24,068 bases of DNA from Cirrosporium novae-zelandiae (lineage: Eukaryota), in NCBI GenBank assembly GCA_026023565.1, contig JAPETS010000054.1, positions 124,001 to 148,068 on the forward strand, written 5' to 3'. Positions 10,289 to 20,783 of this stretch are shown here, in pieces (positions within the stretch are counted from its first letter, which is position 1; the number at the start of each line of letters is the position of its first letter). A model generated the notes under the pieces. That model searched no databases and was not told where the DNA came from. It saw nothing but the letters and a program-made list of their open reading frames with translations. The position numbers were made by a program, and so were the translations under genes.

Positions 10289-11406
10289 GAATTGCTGCCA
10301 CCAGAGACAATGAGTTAATAGTAATTATGGGGGTTTCTTACGATCTATTATCATAGACTGTTGGATATCTATGGTTCTGGTTAACCACAAAATTGATATG
10401 TCCTCTGCGAACAAAATCCCCTCGGAGTCTCGTTGTACTTGTCGTGGTGTTGTTTGTACATGTACGTACTCAATCCCACTTTTTCATCCTCTCTTTAACA
10501 ATGTTATGAGAGTAATTACTGCTGTAATTTTGAGTAGCGAAAATGGTATGCTCGTTGATAAAGAAAGATAGGGGATTGGTATATTGTGCTTGAAGGAGTG
10601 ATGATGCGATTGCATAGAAATAGGGGCTAGTTAGTACTTGGCCATTTTAAAGATCTTGAACTACCCTCTACTTTAATGTTGTCTCTTGTCGTCTCCATCG
10701 TAAGTCATTCTTATGCAAACATTACCTGGAAGTCCTGCGTTTGATTTTGTTATTCTTTTATATCCAATGAAAACATAGCAAAGGTTATCAACTACAATCA
10801 ACGAGACTAAAAAAAGCTAAACCTTAAACTACCCGTACTGAGCAATATCTCTCTCATGAAGCTATCAAGGATTCTGATTAGAATATGAATTTGACTTTGG
10901 CCCTTGATTAATTTTAGGGAAGCCTCCTTAATGGGAAGATCTCTAATGAGACCAAGGATGAAATCAAAAGGTGATAATAGTATCACTTTATGGTTCTACT
11001 CTTGAGCTTGGAGGTCAAGTGAAAGTAGCTGGTGGAGGTAATTACCACGGCCTCTCCAAGACTTTAAGTTGTACCAATCTATCAATTGACTAGACTGACT
11101 AGATTGACCAGACCGAAGAGTCCTGTCATGTGGGTGTAGTCTGCTCCTAACATAGCATGAATATGAGGTTTATCCATAGAAATCCCATACCTAGACCTCT
11201 TTGACGCCTAATCCGAATACCTTTGGATAAAAGCACACTTTGAACCCCACATTATCCACCCAAAACCTAATTGTCCAATCCAATGGCGTCCTTTTGACTG
11301 AATACAAGCACATCTAAACCATATCAAAAAAGTAGGACAACAACAGTAGACAGGATTATAGAAGTCTGAAGCATGCCACCAAGAACATAGAATGTTGCGG
11401 TATCCA

Positions 11407-13485
11407 CTAGGGACTTACTTCAACCATCCATTCAACAAATTTATCCAAGGCATCTTGCATGGTCCAGCCCTGTGCAAATTCCGAAAATCTTTTCAATACT
11501 CCTCTCTCTGATGTCTCTAGTTCTCTGGCGCTTCCTAACCCTTCGACACCAACCATTCCTTCTCTAATCCTCCAATCCCTTTCCGCCCTTTCCCCTGCAC
11601 GTCTTACAACATCCTCCTCATCCTCCGCCTTATACAAATCACACTTCCCACATTGTGTACAGCGGCCTCCAGTAGGGCGAAAATGTTCACAGAAGTGTTT
11701 GTATCCTTCACCTTCTCCACCTTCTCCATCAGACCTGGGACCAAGAGCCTTTCGGCATAGGTAGCACATTGAATACCCACAGAGGCATGTTAGTTTGTTA
11801 CAGCCATCAGATTTGACAAACGAAAGATGGCAGCGTGGACAAGTTCGGGTGAGGGCAGCAGTTCGAGCGGCCTCAATGGTAGTGCGGAGTGAAACCACAA
11901 GAGGCTCACGGCAGATGTGAGGATCATGCCAAGACTTCGAACAGTTAAGGCATGAGAATCGGGCGCATCTTGGCGACCGACAAACGAAGAGAGATGGACG
12001 GCATTTCTGGATGCGATTGGTTAAGGAGACGGTCAGTGATGGTAGAAGAGATCCACCGAAGGACTTTCTTTTGTTGGAAGTAAGCCAGGGGACAGTAGAA
12101 AATAGAGAAATAGCTGCCGTTACTAAAAGAAAAATGAGCAAGAACGGCGTCATATTCAGAAGGCCGAAAAGGAACAGGATCGATAGGAGTGACGATTGTG
12201 GCTTGAAATGCCAGGAGAGTTGAAAAGGATGCAAGGCTGGGTCGACCTCGGCGTATGAGCAAAACGGGCAATGGATGAGGGGGAGCTGGGACTTGAGGAG
12301 GGCTTCCGAAGTTAAACGGTCTTCAAATTTAGACCATAGTTCTACACCGGAGGAGGATGATTCTAGGACGGCTCGCTGAATTAGAAATCGCGGGAGCGTC
12401 CCTAAACAGACATGGTCGACAGTAGGAGCAAGGCATTTTAGAGTCCCTTTCTCGGAGTCAATAGACCTGCCCCATCCTTGGCCGAAGAGGGCTTCTTCGA
12501 TAGTATGATGAATGCAGTTGAAGCAAATAATGTGAGTGTTGGAGGAGCAAGTCGAAATAAATTCGAAAGGCACATCTGAATAGCAGCATTCACATTCGTA
12601 CATGGCTTCCGCCTCAGTAGCTTCCCTTTCAGCTAAGTCTTTTGCAATTTCTCGGTCTCCCTCTTCCAGGATTTTCCGCTTTTGATCGAAGAATGGTTGC
12701 ATCAGAGTGTCATGAAGTTCCTTTTGCAGTTCCGTGTTTCCTGTCTCCCGGAGAGTCGGAATGGGTCCACTATCTCCATCGATCCAAATTATCATGTAGT
12801 GACCTTCGAGTCCTTCCGCCGTTGTAGCTTTTTTCCTTCTCCATGGCAGCATTCGGCCAAAGGCGGCCCTCCAACTCCTCTTCTCGAGTCGCAGCAGAAT
12901 AGGTCTTGCTTGGGTGTAAGAGTAGTTGCACTCCGCTAAGACAGCCTCGATGACGCTTTTGCTTAGGTCTTGTAGCTCTTTTCGTAGGGCTGTACGAGTA
13001 GCCGCTCGATAGGCATCGGTTCGAAAGCGTTGTTCAAGTGGAATTAGTGCAAGTGTGGCCTGTTCGTCCTCTTCTGAAGGTTTGCCGTATTTGACGGGGA
13101 GTGGAGGCACCATCCATCGCCCTTTGACCCACTCGGCTTTGTGTCTTAAAAGCTGCTCCACCACCACCTGCAACCTGCTCTCGCCATCGAAACGTTGTAA
13201 CAACTCTCGAAAGACTTCGGCTTTGATATCAGGGAAAAGCGCTGCAAGTATCTCGAGAAAGTGGTTAAGCTCTTGGAGTGGCTGGTCGTGGTTTTGCTGT
13301 CCACATGTCCTATTCATAGTAACGTATTTGACTCCAGCAGTGGTACCAAACGGGTTGTTGCGCAATACCTCTGTCAGAATGGTAGAGCTAGTGGGAGATA
13401 CTGCAGGGTTGGGGATAGGCTGGAATTGAGGGGATCTAGAACTGGTTGGTTTTGGTTTTGAACTGTTGAAAACGAATAGAGGCAT
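11407..13485 (-). CDS. RBR (RING-IBR-RING) E3 ubiquitin ligase, RNF216/TRIAD3-like (692 aa)
   Basis: RING1 CECC...C...HIICFNC...C; IBR halves CPFC and CRSPRCARFSCLNCSKSWHDPHIC; RING2 CPRCHLSFVKSDGCNKLTCLCGYSMCYLCR containing the catalytic GCNK Cys; YKHFCEH...CGKCDLY tail; CUE-like LAALFPDI segment near the N-terminus. Confidence 0.92.
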   Translation of the reverse strand: MPLFVFNSSKPKPTSSRSPQFQPIPNPAVSPTSSTILTEVLRNNPFGTTAGVKYVTMNRTCGQQNHDQPLQELNHFLEILAALFPDIKAEVFRELLQRFDGESRLQVVVEQLLRHKAEWVKGRWMVPPLPVKYGKPSEEDEQATLALIPLEQRFRTDAYRAATRTALRKELQDLSKSVIEAVLAECNYSYTQARPILLRLEKRSWRAAFGRMLPWRRKKATTAEGLEGHYMIIWIDGDSGPIPTLRETGNTELQKELHDTLMQPFFDQKRKILEEGDREIAKDLAEREATEAEAMYECECCYSDVPFEFISTCSSNTHIICFNCIHHTIEEALFGQGWGRSIDSEKGTLKCLAPTVDHVCLGTLPRFLIQRAVLESSSSGVELWSKFEDRLTSEALLKSQLPLIHCPFCSYAEVDPALHPFQLSWHFKPQSSLLSILFLFGLLNMTPFLLIFLLVTAAISLFSTVPWLTSNKRKSFGGSLLPSLTVSLTNRIQKCRPSLFVCRSPRCARFSCLNCSKSWHDPHICREPLVVSLRTTIEAARTAALTRTCPRCHLSFVKSDGCNKLTCLCGYSMCYLCRKALGPRSDGEGGEGEGYKHFCEHFRPTGGRCTQCGKCDLYKAEDEEDVVRRAGERAERDWRIREGMVGVEGLGSARELETSERGVLKRFSEFAQGWTMQDALDKFVEWMVEVSP

Positions 13486-14269
13486 ATCAGATGTTAAATT
13501 AACGAGGAGCTACATGATCTTTGTCCTTTCCGATAGGAAGGTACCATCTTGGTAAAATGTAAATAGAAAATGGGAAAGGGGTGTTTTTTCGATGGAATAA
13601 TGAAGTAGTGGAAGAGCTCTTCCGCCTGGGTATCATTGTTGGGGGATGACGAAAGATGGTTGATTGCCTGAGGTGGGCCGTTGACAATCCGAGAAGCTCA
13701 GCCTTTAATTAAACCACTAACTGCCATTTGTCTTGACCTATAACTACCTAGGTACGGTACCTAAGTAATTGCAAATTCACCCCATGCACATGGTCACCAT
13801 CCCAACCTTTTCTTTCTTTTTGTCTAGCTAACATTTAAACTTTTTTTATTCTCTAATTAATGACATATTGAGCCCTGATGTGCTTCAAAGCCATTTTCAA
13901 AATATATATATACACTCTCCATGAGACCAGATGATGGAGATCCTCCTGAGGCCATTATAAGGCAATATTGTAATATGGTTGTCGATGAAAGATTCTTGAT
14001 CGACCTCGAGCAAAGTAGGTTGGGGGCCTCATAACATAAAACTTCGTAGAATCCGTCCGCAATAACCCACACCAACTTCATCCATGCCGAGACGCCTGGC
14101 CGATGCTGTAGCCCCAATGCAATCATATCCGGAGCGAAGAGGAAGGATATATGGACTCCCCGAGAATCATTCAAAATGTATGGCAGACAAGAACTTGTCA
14201 ACAAATCCATGAGACCAACCCTACTCAATATCTTTCCAGACGCCTCGACTATGCTGTAGTTTGCTTTGG

Positions 14270-14766
14270 TCATCTATCTTTATAAATTTTTGGTTTCCAC
14301 CCTTCTTTTAACTCCTGCTCCCTAGCTTTTTTCTCCGCGGTATCTCTGGCTTCCATTTCCAGTCTTTCCCTTGCTCGCAGGACCTTGCTCTGGAGGTAGA
14401 AGCTTCCGCCCTTGTCCGGATTATTCAAATCAAATAACTTTTTGAATCTTTCCATGACATCTTCCATCTCAACCTGGCCATTTTTGGGTGGCTTCACATT
14501 TAAGATCTTGCATGCTTCTTCCAAGGTTAATCCGGAAGCGGCAAAGTTTCTGGAGGCGGTAGGATTGTTTTTGGCGGCTTGTTGCGCATAACGCTGGCTC
14601 GCAGAGGCCTGTTTGTATGCTTCCACAAAAGCGCGACCCAGAACTCGAGTACCAGTGACTACCACCTGGGTGATGAGGCGATGCGCCTATTTCGGAGATT
14701 AGTCAGTAACGATTATTGGCTGTGGGTCAGGAATTGACAATGATCCAAGGGAGCAGAACATACCAT
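14270..14766 (-). CDS. PAM16: Mitochondrial import motor subunit Pam16/Tim16
   Basis: Exon 1 is ATG only (14766-14764). Intron 14763-14687 (GTATGT..CTGACTAAT..TAG) restores MAHRLITQVVVTGTRVLGRAFVEAYKQA. J-like domain LTLEEACKILNV...KGGSFYLQSKVLRARERL. Confidence 0.96.
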
Positions 14767-15678
14767 GCTGGATTGAAAACCCCTTCCTGAAGGACACTTC
14801 ACGTATCGGGCGGAAAGTTCAAAAGATTATGTGAAGTGTAGAGAAGGGCGACACTGGCCATAAATTTTTGGAAGGTTCGCTGAGAGGTGGTTAATAGAGC
14901 CGAACCCGTAGTCGCCAGGACTTTCCGAGAATTTACGGAGAAGGCGGGAGATTTCAAGCCTCAATGGCCCGTAGGGTAGAGAAGGGGAAAGGGGAAGAGG
15001 AAAGAAAAAAGAAGAATAAAAAAACAAGAAGATTGGTTAAGTGAAGAAGACTACAGTGGTATGTATAATTAATTAATTAATTATAAAAACTTGATGATGA
15101 TGGTTGGTGATGCCTTGTGGCTCGTCTCTCCTTCGTACTTGTGCATCAAAGGATAGTTTGGAATGCTGTAGATTCCAGAGCATCAGGCTTGTCTTGTCTG
15201 GTCTTGTCTGGTCTTGTCCTAGTGAGAGGTCACGTGGCCATCTGTCTAATTACATGTCACTAATTACTTTCCTTAGGTTCACATAGTTTGACCATCATCC
15301 ATCATCGTCATTAGACTAATTATTACGCTGCTAGGTAGTCATTCAGTCTACCTAGGTTCCCATCACCCCCCCTCCCTAAAGTCCCTAATTGAGGGGAAAA
15401 ACCCCGTTCAAACCACCATGGGTCTCATCTCTTAAATTCTTCATCACAAGTATTCCAGTCCTCAAATATGGGTATGCGTAGTCCAAATCTACGAGTCTTA
15501 CTTGTACATCTAGAAGTATATCTTCTTCGCTCATGCTATTTATCACTGTGCTGCAGTCGTCCTTGCTACTGATCTACTTCTTTCCTTTCTCATAATCAAT
15601 CACATGTTCTCATTTCAAGCAACAGCAAACTTTTGACCCCCAACAGCTGCTCTTTAAAACTGACTGCTCTTCTGATGT
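14767..15678. promoter_or_regulatory. Divergent promoter/5' UTR region between PAM16 and the peroxin gene
   Basis: Lies between head-to-head start codons. Contains a purine tract (about 14979-15049), the palindrome TATAATTAATTAATTAATTATA (15064-15085), (GTCTTGTCTG)x2.8 (15191-15218) and GTCACGTG (15229-15236). Confidence 0.6.
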
Positions 15679-17635
15679 ATGGCTGCTTTTGGTAAGACAA
15701 TTCTTCCGACTTTCTCTCCACCAACAATAACAATCTCATCCTTCTAGATAACATATCAACTTACAACATACAATAGAAACACCTTGGCTAGCGTCCATGT
15801 CCGCCATCTCCTCTCAGACTCCCGAGGGCTCCTCGACTCCAATCTATGAGCCTACCCCGACCGTTGCTGCTTTCTCTCCCACCTCGCTCACAAATACTCC
15901 TGCCGCCGCCAAGTTACGGTCAACCATCCTCATTCATCAGAAGTCTCCTCTTTTGATTGCAACTCCGCCTCAAGTTACTCGCGCCCTCGCCTATTCACAC
16001 CCGTTTCTTCTTCCCTTGAACCATATTGTCGGACTCTTGACATGGACAACCGGGGATCCTTGGGAGAGCTTTCTGTTGCTCGTCGCCTTCTGGGTGGTTG
16101 TGCTCTACGGTGATATCATAACGCGGCTCGCAGGACCTGTGGTCATGGTTTTTACTCTAATGTTGGGAATGTATGCCCGCCGCTACTCTCCACTGTCGAG
16201 TACAACATGGGTCGATAACGAGCAAACAAAAGGCAAAGAACCCACTTCGGATTCAGGCATGCGGCATCATAAAAGTCTGGATGAAATTGTGGAAACGCTT
16301 CGCCAGTTCACTACTCGTAGTAATATTCTAATAGAACCTTTGCTCCAGCTGACCTCTTTTCTCTCGACCCAGAGCACTGCCATATCTGCCACTACCCGTC
16401 CGGCTTTGACAACATTGTTTATTCGCATACTTCTAATCACCCCTCTCTGGGTTTTGTTAACTATCCCCCAAATCCACATCCTTACTCCCCGTCGCATCGT
16501 TTTAATAACTGGGACCCTTATCATCACATGGCACTCCCGTCCAGCACGAGTCTCTCGTCTGATTCTCTGGCGCTCTTTGACTGTCCGCCGAGTCGTTAGA
16601 CTTCTCACCGGTCTCCAGATTGCCAATTCTGCTAAACCACCTCCTGATCCTAATGCACCTCCACTTCCATCCCGCCCTTCCACTAGCGCGGGGTCAATTC
16701 AAATGAATTCCAAACAACTCACCCCTGGTATTCGTTTTACGTTTGCTCTATATGAGAACCAACGTCGATGGCTTGCGATTGGATGGATGGCCTCTCTCTT
16801 CAGCTACGAACGCGCTCCCTGGACAGATGAACACCTCAATCCCGCCCCTTCCAAGGATGAGTTCCAGCTCCCAGATGTAGAAGGAGGACACGCTCATGCA
16901 AAATGGCGATGGGTCGAAGGAAGCAAGTGGAGAGTTGAAGGCCCCAACGCCCATCATCGCCAGTCGTCCTCGTCATCCGCATTGGGCAGATCCACAGAAA
17001 CCAACACCAGTGAAAAAGCAGGAGACCGAGATAACGATCCAGGCGGATGGATATATTACGATAATAAATGGAATAACGGACGTAGGCAAGATGGCTGGGG
17101 TCGGTTCACCCGGAGACGGAAATGGTGGCGGGATGCTGAACTGGTGGAGGATGAGGGCCCAAGCCATTTGGAGGTACCTCTAGAAAATAAGGAAGAGACA
17201 GATGTCGATCCCAGCGTCAAGGACTCTGGGGACACGGGTGGACCGGGGCTAGAGAAGACAGGCACCGCAGCTACCGAATCGACAACCGGAGGCGAAACCG
17301 CAAGCATATCTAGTGTCAGTACAAACATGACCAAGAAATCCAAAAGGAAAAGCTGGTTTCGAAAAAATAAAATTGCAGATTTAACCCCTATAACCTCAAA
17401 CAGCACAGAAGGTACCAAGGACAAGGAAAATTGGGAATCACCCCAGGCTGTGCCTAGTTGCACCCAGGAAGAAAGGAACAGTGCTAGAACGAAGGAAGGT
17501 AGTGTAGGGAAATTGAGCTTCACCAGCACAAGTAGTGGCCCACTGGATGACGACCAGGGTGGAGTAGTACAGGAGACAAGACATGGTGTGGATAGATGGG
17601 GAGTTGGTGATGATCTTGGGATGGGTTTAAGTTGA
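15679..17635 (+). CDS. PEX30: Integral peroxisomal/ER membrane peroxin, Pex30/Pex31/Pex23-type (reticulon-like plus dysferlin domain)
   Basis: Hydrophobic segments after LLTWTTGDPWESFLL. Dysferlin motifs RFTFALYENQRRWLAIGW...ERAPWTDE and GWIYYDNKW...FTRRRKWWRDAEL. Probable exon 1 at 15679-15691 and intron 15692-15776 (GTAAGA..TAG) give MAAFETPWLASMSAISS in frame with the 15797 ORF. Confidence 0.9.
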
Positions 17636-18116
17636 AGACAAAAACTCTTAGAATGCCCTCCTTATGCTTGACCAGCGAACAGGATTATTGGTAGGCTTCA
17701 ACTTGTGCGGACACCTGGTTGGTGTACTTGTATCATGGATGGCGCATGGGTTGTACATGAAGGCCTTTGGAGTATAACATCTGGTTGGAATGGGACTTGG
17801 AACCAATAAGGAACTGTATTGTTTCAATGGATAATATGATATTATAATTACACTCGCCTTATCTTGTGTGCTACTTCTGCTTCCACTTTTGCGTGGTTGA
17901 TACCCAATAGACTATATCAAATCTTAAGTAATATACAACACCAGTTCATTTCTACATGACGGCTATTGACCTATGGGCCATGGCTCTCAATACTCATGGA
18001 ACCAAGGTGACCACAGCCTTTACCAGCCTTTACCTTTCTGACATGGTTTTTATGTTCTTCAGGTTTCATACATCGTTCCACCTCATGGGCCTCATTCCCT
18101 TAATTCTGCCGCCGTC

Positions 18117-19133
18117 TCATTTACGCACAAAATCCAGGTACACGGGCAAATCCCTTCTCCTTAATTCTTTCTCAATAACTTTCCATCGTCCAATTCTTTT
18201 GTCCCAGGCTTCAGGTCTCTCCCTCTTCTCGCTAATAACGACATTTTTTAAACCTATCAACTCCTCCGTCTCCAGCAAAACCTCTGAAAGCTTGGTTGGT
18301 TTGGGTTTCCTCGCTAGAAGAGAAACAATTTGGGATCCGGTGATGGTATTGGAGTGTGATTTTAGAATATTGGTTAGAGGTGCGTCTGGAATTCGATATC
18401 CGGTGAGTTGGGTTATACGTTTTAGAGTGGGGAATAGAGAAGACAGAAGAATAGGTGTAGCAAGGACCGACGGATCGGAGCTTGTGGAAGAAGATGGGTA
18501 TTCGGATTCATCGGATTTAGATTCAGGGTGGAAAAGTTCATCGAGAGAGCGGTTGGAAGATTGGAAGGCTTGAACCTCGTTAATAGCCCGGGCGACAACA
18601 GCAGCAAGATCTTCGCGAGTTGTCGGAGGAGCGGGATTCATAAAACTGCGAGGTTGGAAAGCATTAGTACGAACTTATCATGATAGTGCAAGAACACCAT
18701 ATGTAAGGTTTCTAAAACCAATGCCTGGAGATTGTATCGCTTACCCCGTAAAGGGCTTCTCCTTCTTGAACTGCTCTCGCCATAACCGCCCACTTCCACC
18801 AACATGTTCTAAGCCTTCCCAGGTAGTAGCGGGAGTGTAGCCTTCTTCTTGGTCTGTTCCATCCGTGATTGCCTCTGGCCTTCCCGCCTGATACTCCGAT
18901 TGCTCCGTGTTTTCCAATTGGCTAGGTCCGCCATAGGGATCTCCCTCTATGGGAGGGGAATCCTTACCCCAGAGACGCCGACGCATTCTTTCGGAGAAGG
19001 AAACATCTGGCTTAGAAGGAGAGGGGAGATGGGAGGTTGTGCTTAGACAGGCTCTGCAGATTGGAGAAGAGCCAGCAGCGACACCAGAGAGAGGGAATAC
19101 AATTGAAGGTCGCAGACGGAGTCGTGGTGGCAT
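18117..19133 (-). CDS. MRPL13: Mitochondrial large-subunit ribosomal protein mL50, two exons
   Basis: Arg-rich presequence-like N-terminus, YTPATTWEGLEHVG, and LKRITQLTGYRIPD...IGRWKVIEKELRRRDLP. Intron 18744-18646 (GTAAGC..CTAAT..CAG) joins ORFs 18741..19133 and 18117..18641 in frame (FTG|FMNP). Confidence 0.85.
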
Positions 19134-19522
19134 TTTGGGGGTGAGTCTGGGTCTCCGGGCCTTTAAGGAGCTTATCGCTGCTTATTTCGTCAACGTTGAT
19201 GAAAGTTGAAATGCTTGAAAAAGTAGGTCGCTAACTATATCCAATGACATGCTTGGCGTCCGCTGTACTATACTGTACAGTATATACCGGAGTTGCTTTT
19301 TACTGTAATTTATGTAATTTCAACCTACCCGCAGGTAACAGCCAACGTGACCAATCTTGCGAAATATTCAACATTGAGAATTATTCTGTCCATGAATACT
19401 TTTTTTCAATTAAGTAATAATGGTGTTAAATATCTAGTAATTACTAATTAACTGTCAAACATCATAGAAACTCTTAGTTCCATGGACCGAGGGTGGTTCG
19501 CATGTTTAAAGGTGCAGTCGCT

Positions 19523-19686
19523 TAAAAATGAAAGCAACTAAATCTAGAAAAATGACTTTGGGAAGGCCTTCAAACAAAATCAAATTTTAATTTTCGACTT
19601 GAAATCAGTTGCAGATATGTGAAAACTGATTTTGTTTGAAGGCCTCCCCACCGTCATTTTTCGGGGTCTGGTCGCTTTCATTTTTA
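19523..19686. repeat. Inverted repeat with two 60-bp arms and a 44-bp spacer; MITE/TIR-remnant-like
   Basis: Arm 19523-19582 matches the reverse complement of 19627-19686 at 51 of 60 positions with no gaps. Confidence 0.85.
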
Positions 19687-20444
19687 TTTTTATCGAAAGG
19701 TACCTAGGTATATAATGCACCATCAAACATGCGAACCACCGTTGGGCAGGGCTCAAATAACTACTAGCTTATTCACAATACGTACTATACACCTACATAA
19801 TGTCAGGGTGATGAGGTTCTTAAAATCTGGATTGTTGAATATGGAAAGTCGACGAGTACTTCACTCAGGACTTTGCCAGACTTTTCCTGAGTCGGTAATG
19901 ACAGAACCGTCATAACGAAACATGTTCCAATTGTAGTTGTTTACTGCATCATCCCACGGAACTGCTTGTCTCCCCTTCTCCCCCGCTAATCCTGCCATCA
20001 AAAGCCCTTTTATAAGCTCAAGCAACAAACTCTCCCGAGTACCCTAGAATTGGAAAAATCCCTTTCACAGGCTCTATCCCTACGGACAAGAAAATGATGG
20101 AAATTCCTGCAAACGCATTAAAGTGCGTGCCGCTTAAGTTTATAGAGAATGATCTGATGATTATCTGTCTGCCACAATAAAGTCACAATGAAGCAAGCTT
20201 CTGGTCAAGGTGTTCCTGTTGGACGGTCTCTTTGTCGTATTTGGATGCCACAATCACCTATTGATGATACTAGATACTCTAGATATCCCAGTAATGCACT
20301 ATATTCTAACCCCAGTATCTACCACCACTGGACTACAATACCCTGGAAACCATCTCGCAACTAACTCTTCGATTATATGTAGCCAACTCCTTAACCAGCA
20401 CCGCAGGTTTACAAATATTATCAATAACCTTTTTTTAACAAGCG

Positions 20445-20783
20445 TTACTCTTGAGCATCATTGTAACTTTTCTTAGAATACTCGACCCTTCCATCATCGT
20501 ATGCATGCACGGATGTAAGCCGCCTTGGTCCTTGATAGATTTGCCCGGACACCCGGAGTTGACTATCTTTCGTAGAGGTGTGTTCGGCTCCACTATAGGA
20601 CGTTAGCAACGAGTGCAATATATGCAGTAATACATCTTACGCAATCTCAACTCTGTCGGCGTTCTTGAGTTTGTTATTTTTCCTGAGTTTTTCTTCAATC
20701 ATGGCTTTGTACTTTGGCTGTTCAGTGGTACCACTCCAGATGATGTTTATAAGAGCCTTCGCTGTGGTGGAAAAAGTGCGCAT
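20445..20783 (-). CDS. Small uncharacterised protein (96 aa), two exons
   Basis: Exon 20783-20641, intron 20640-20593 (GTAAGA..GCTAAC..TAG), exon 20592-20445; 291 nt in total. Product: MRTFSTTAKALINIIWSGTTEQPKYKAMIEEKLRKNNKLKNADRVEIAGAEHTSTKDSQLRVSGQIYQGPRRLTSVHAYDDGRVEYSKKSYNDAQE. Confidence 0.8.

Noticed and set aside
13857..14273. 138-aa ORF overlapping the PAM16 stop codon (ATGA), which looks like bacterial translational coupling
   Set aside because: Eukaryotic context; probably PAM16 3' UTR, and the translation has no family features.
17956..18573. 205-aa plus-strand ORF
   Set aside because: Mostly antisense to mL50 exon 2.
19715..20440. Possible gene remnant between the foldback element and the 96-aa gene
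   Set aside because: Several 50-90 codon open stretches on both strands, but none that I could recognise or splice into a coherent product.
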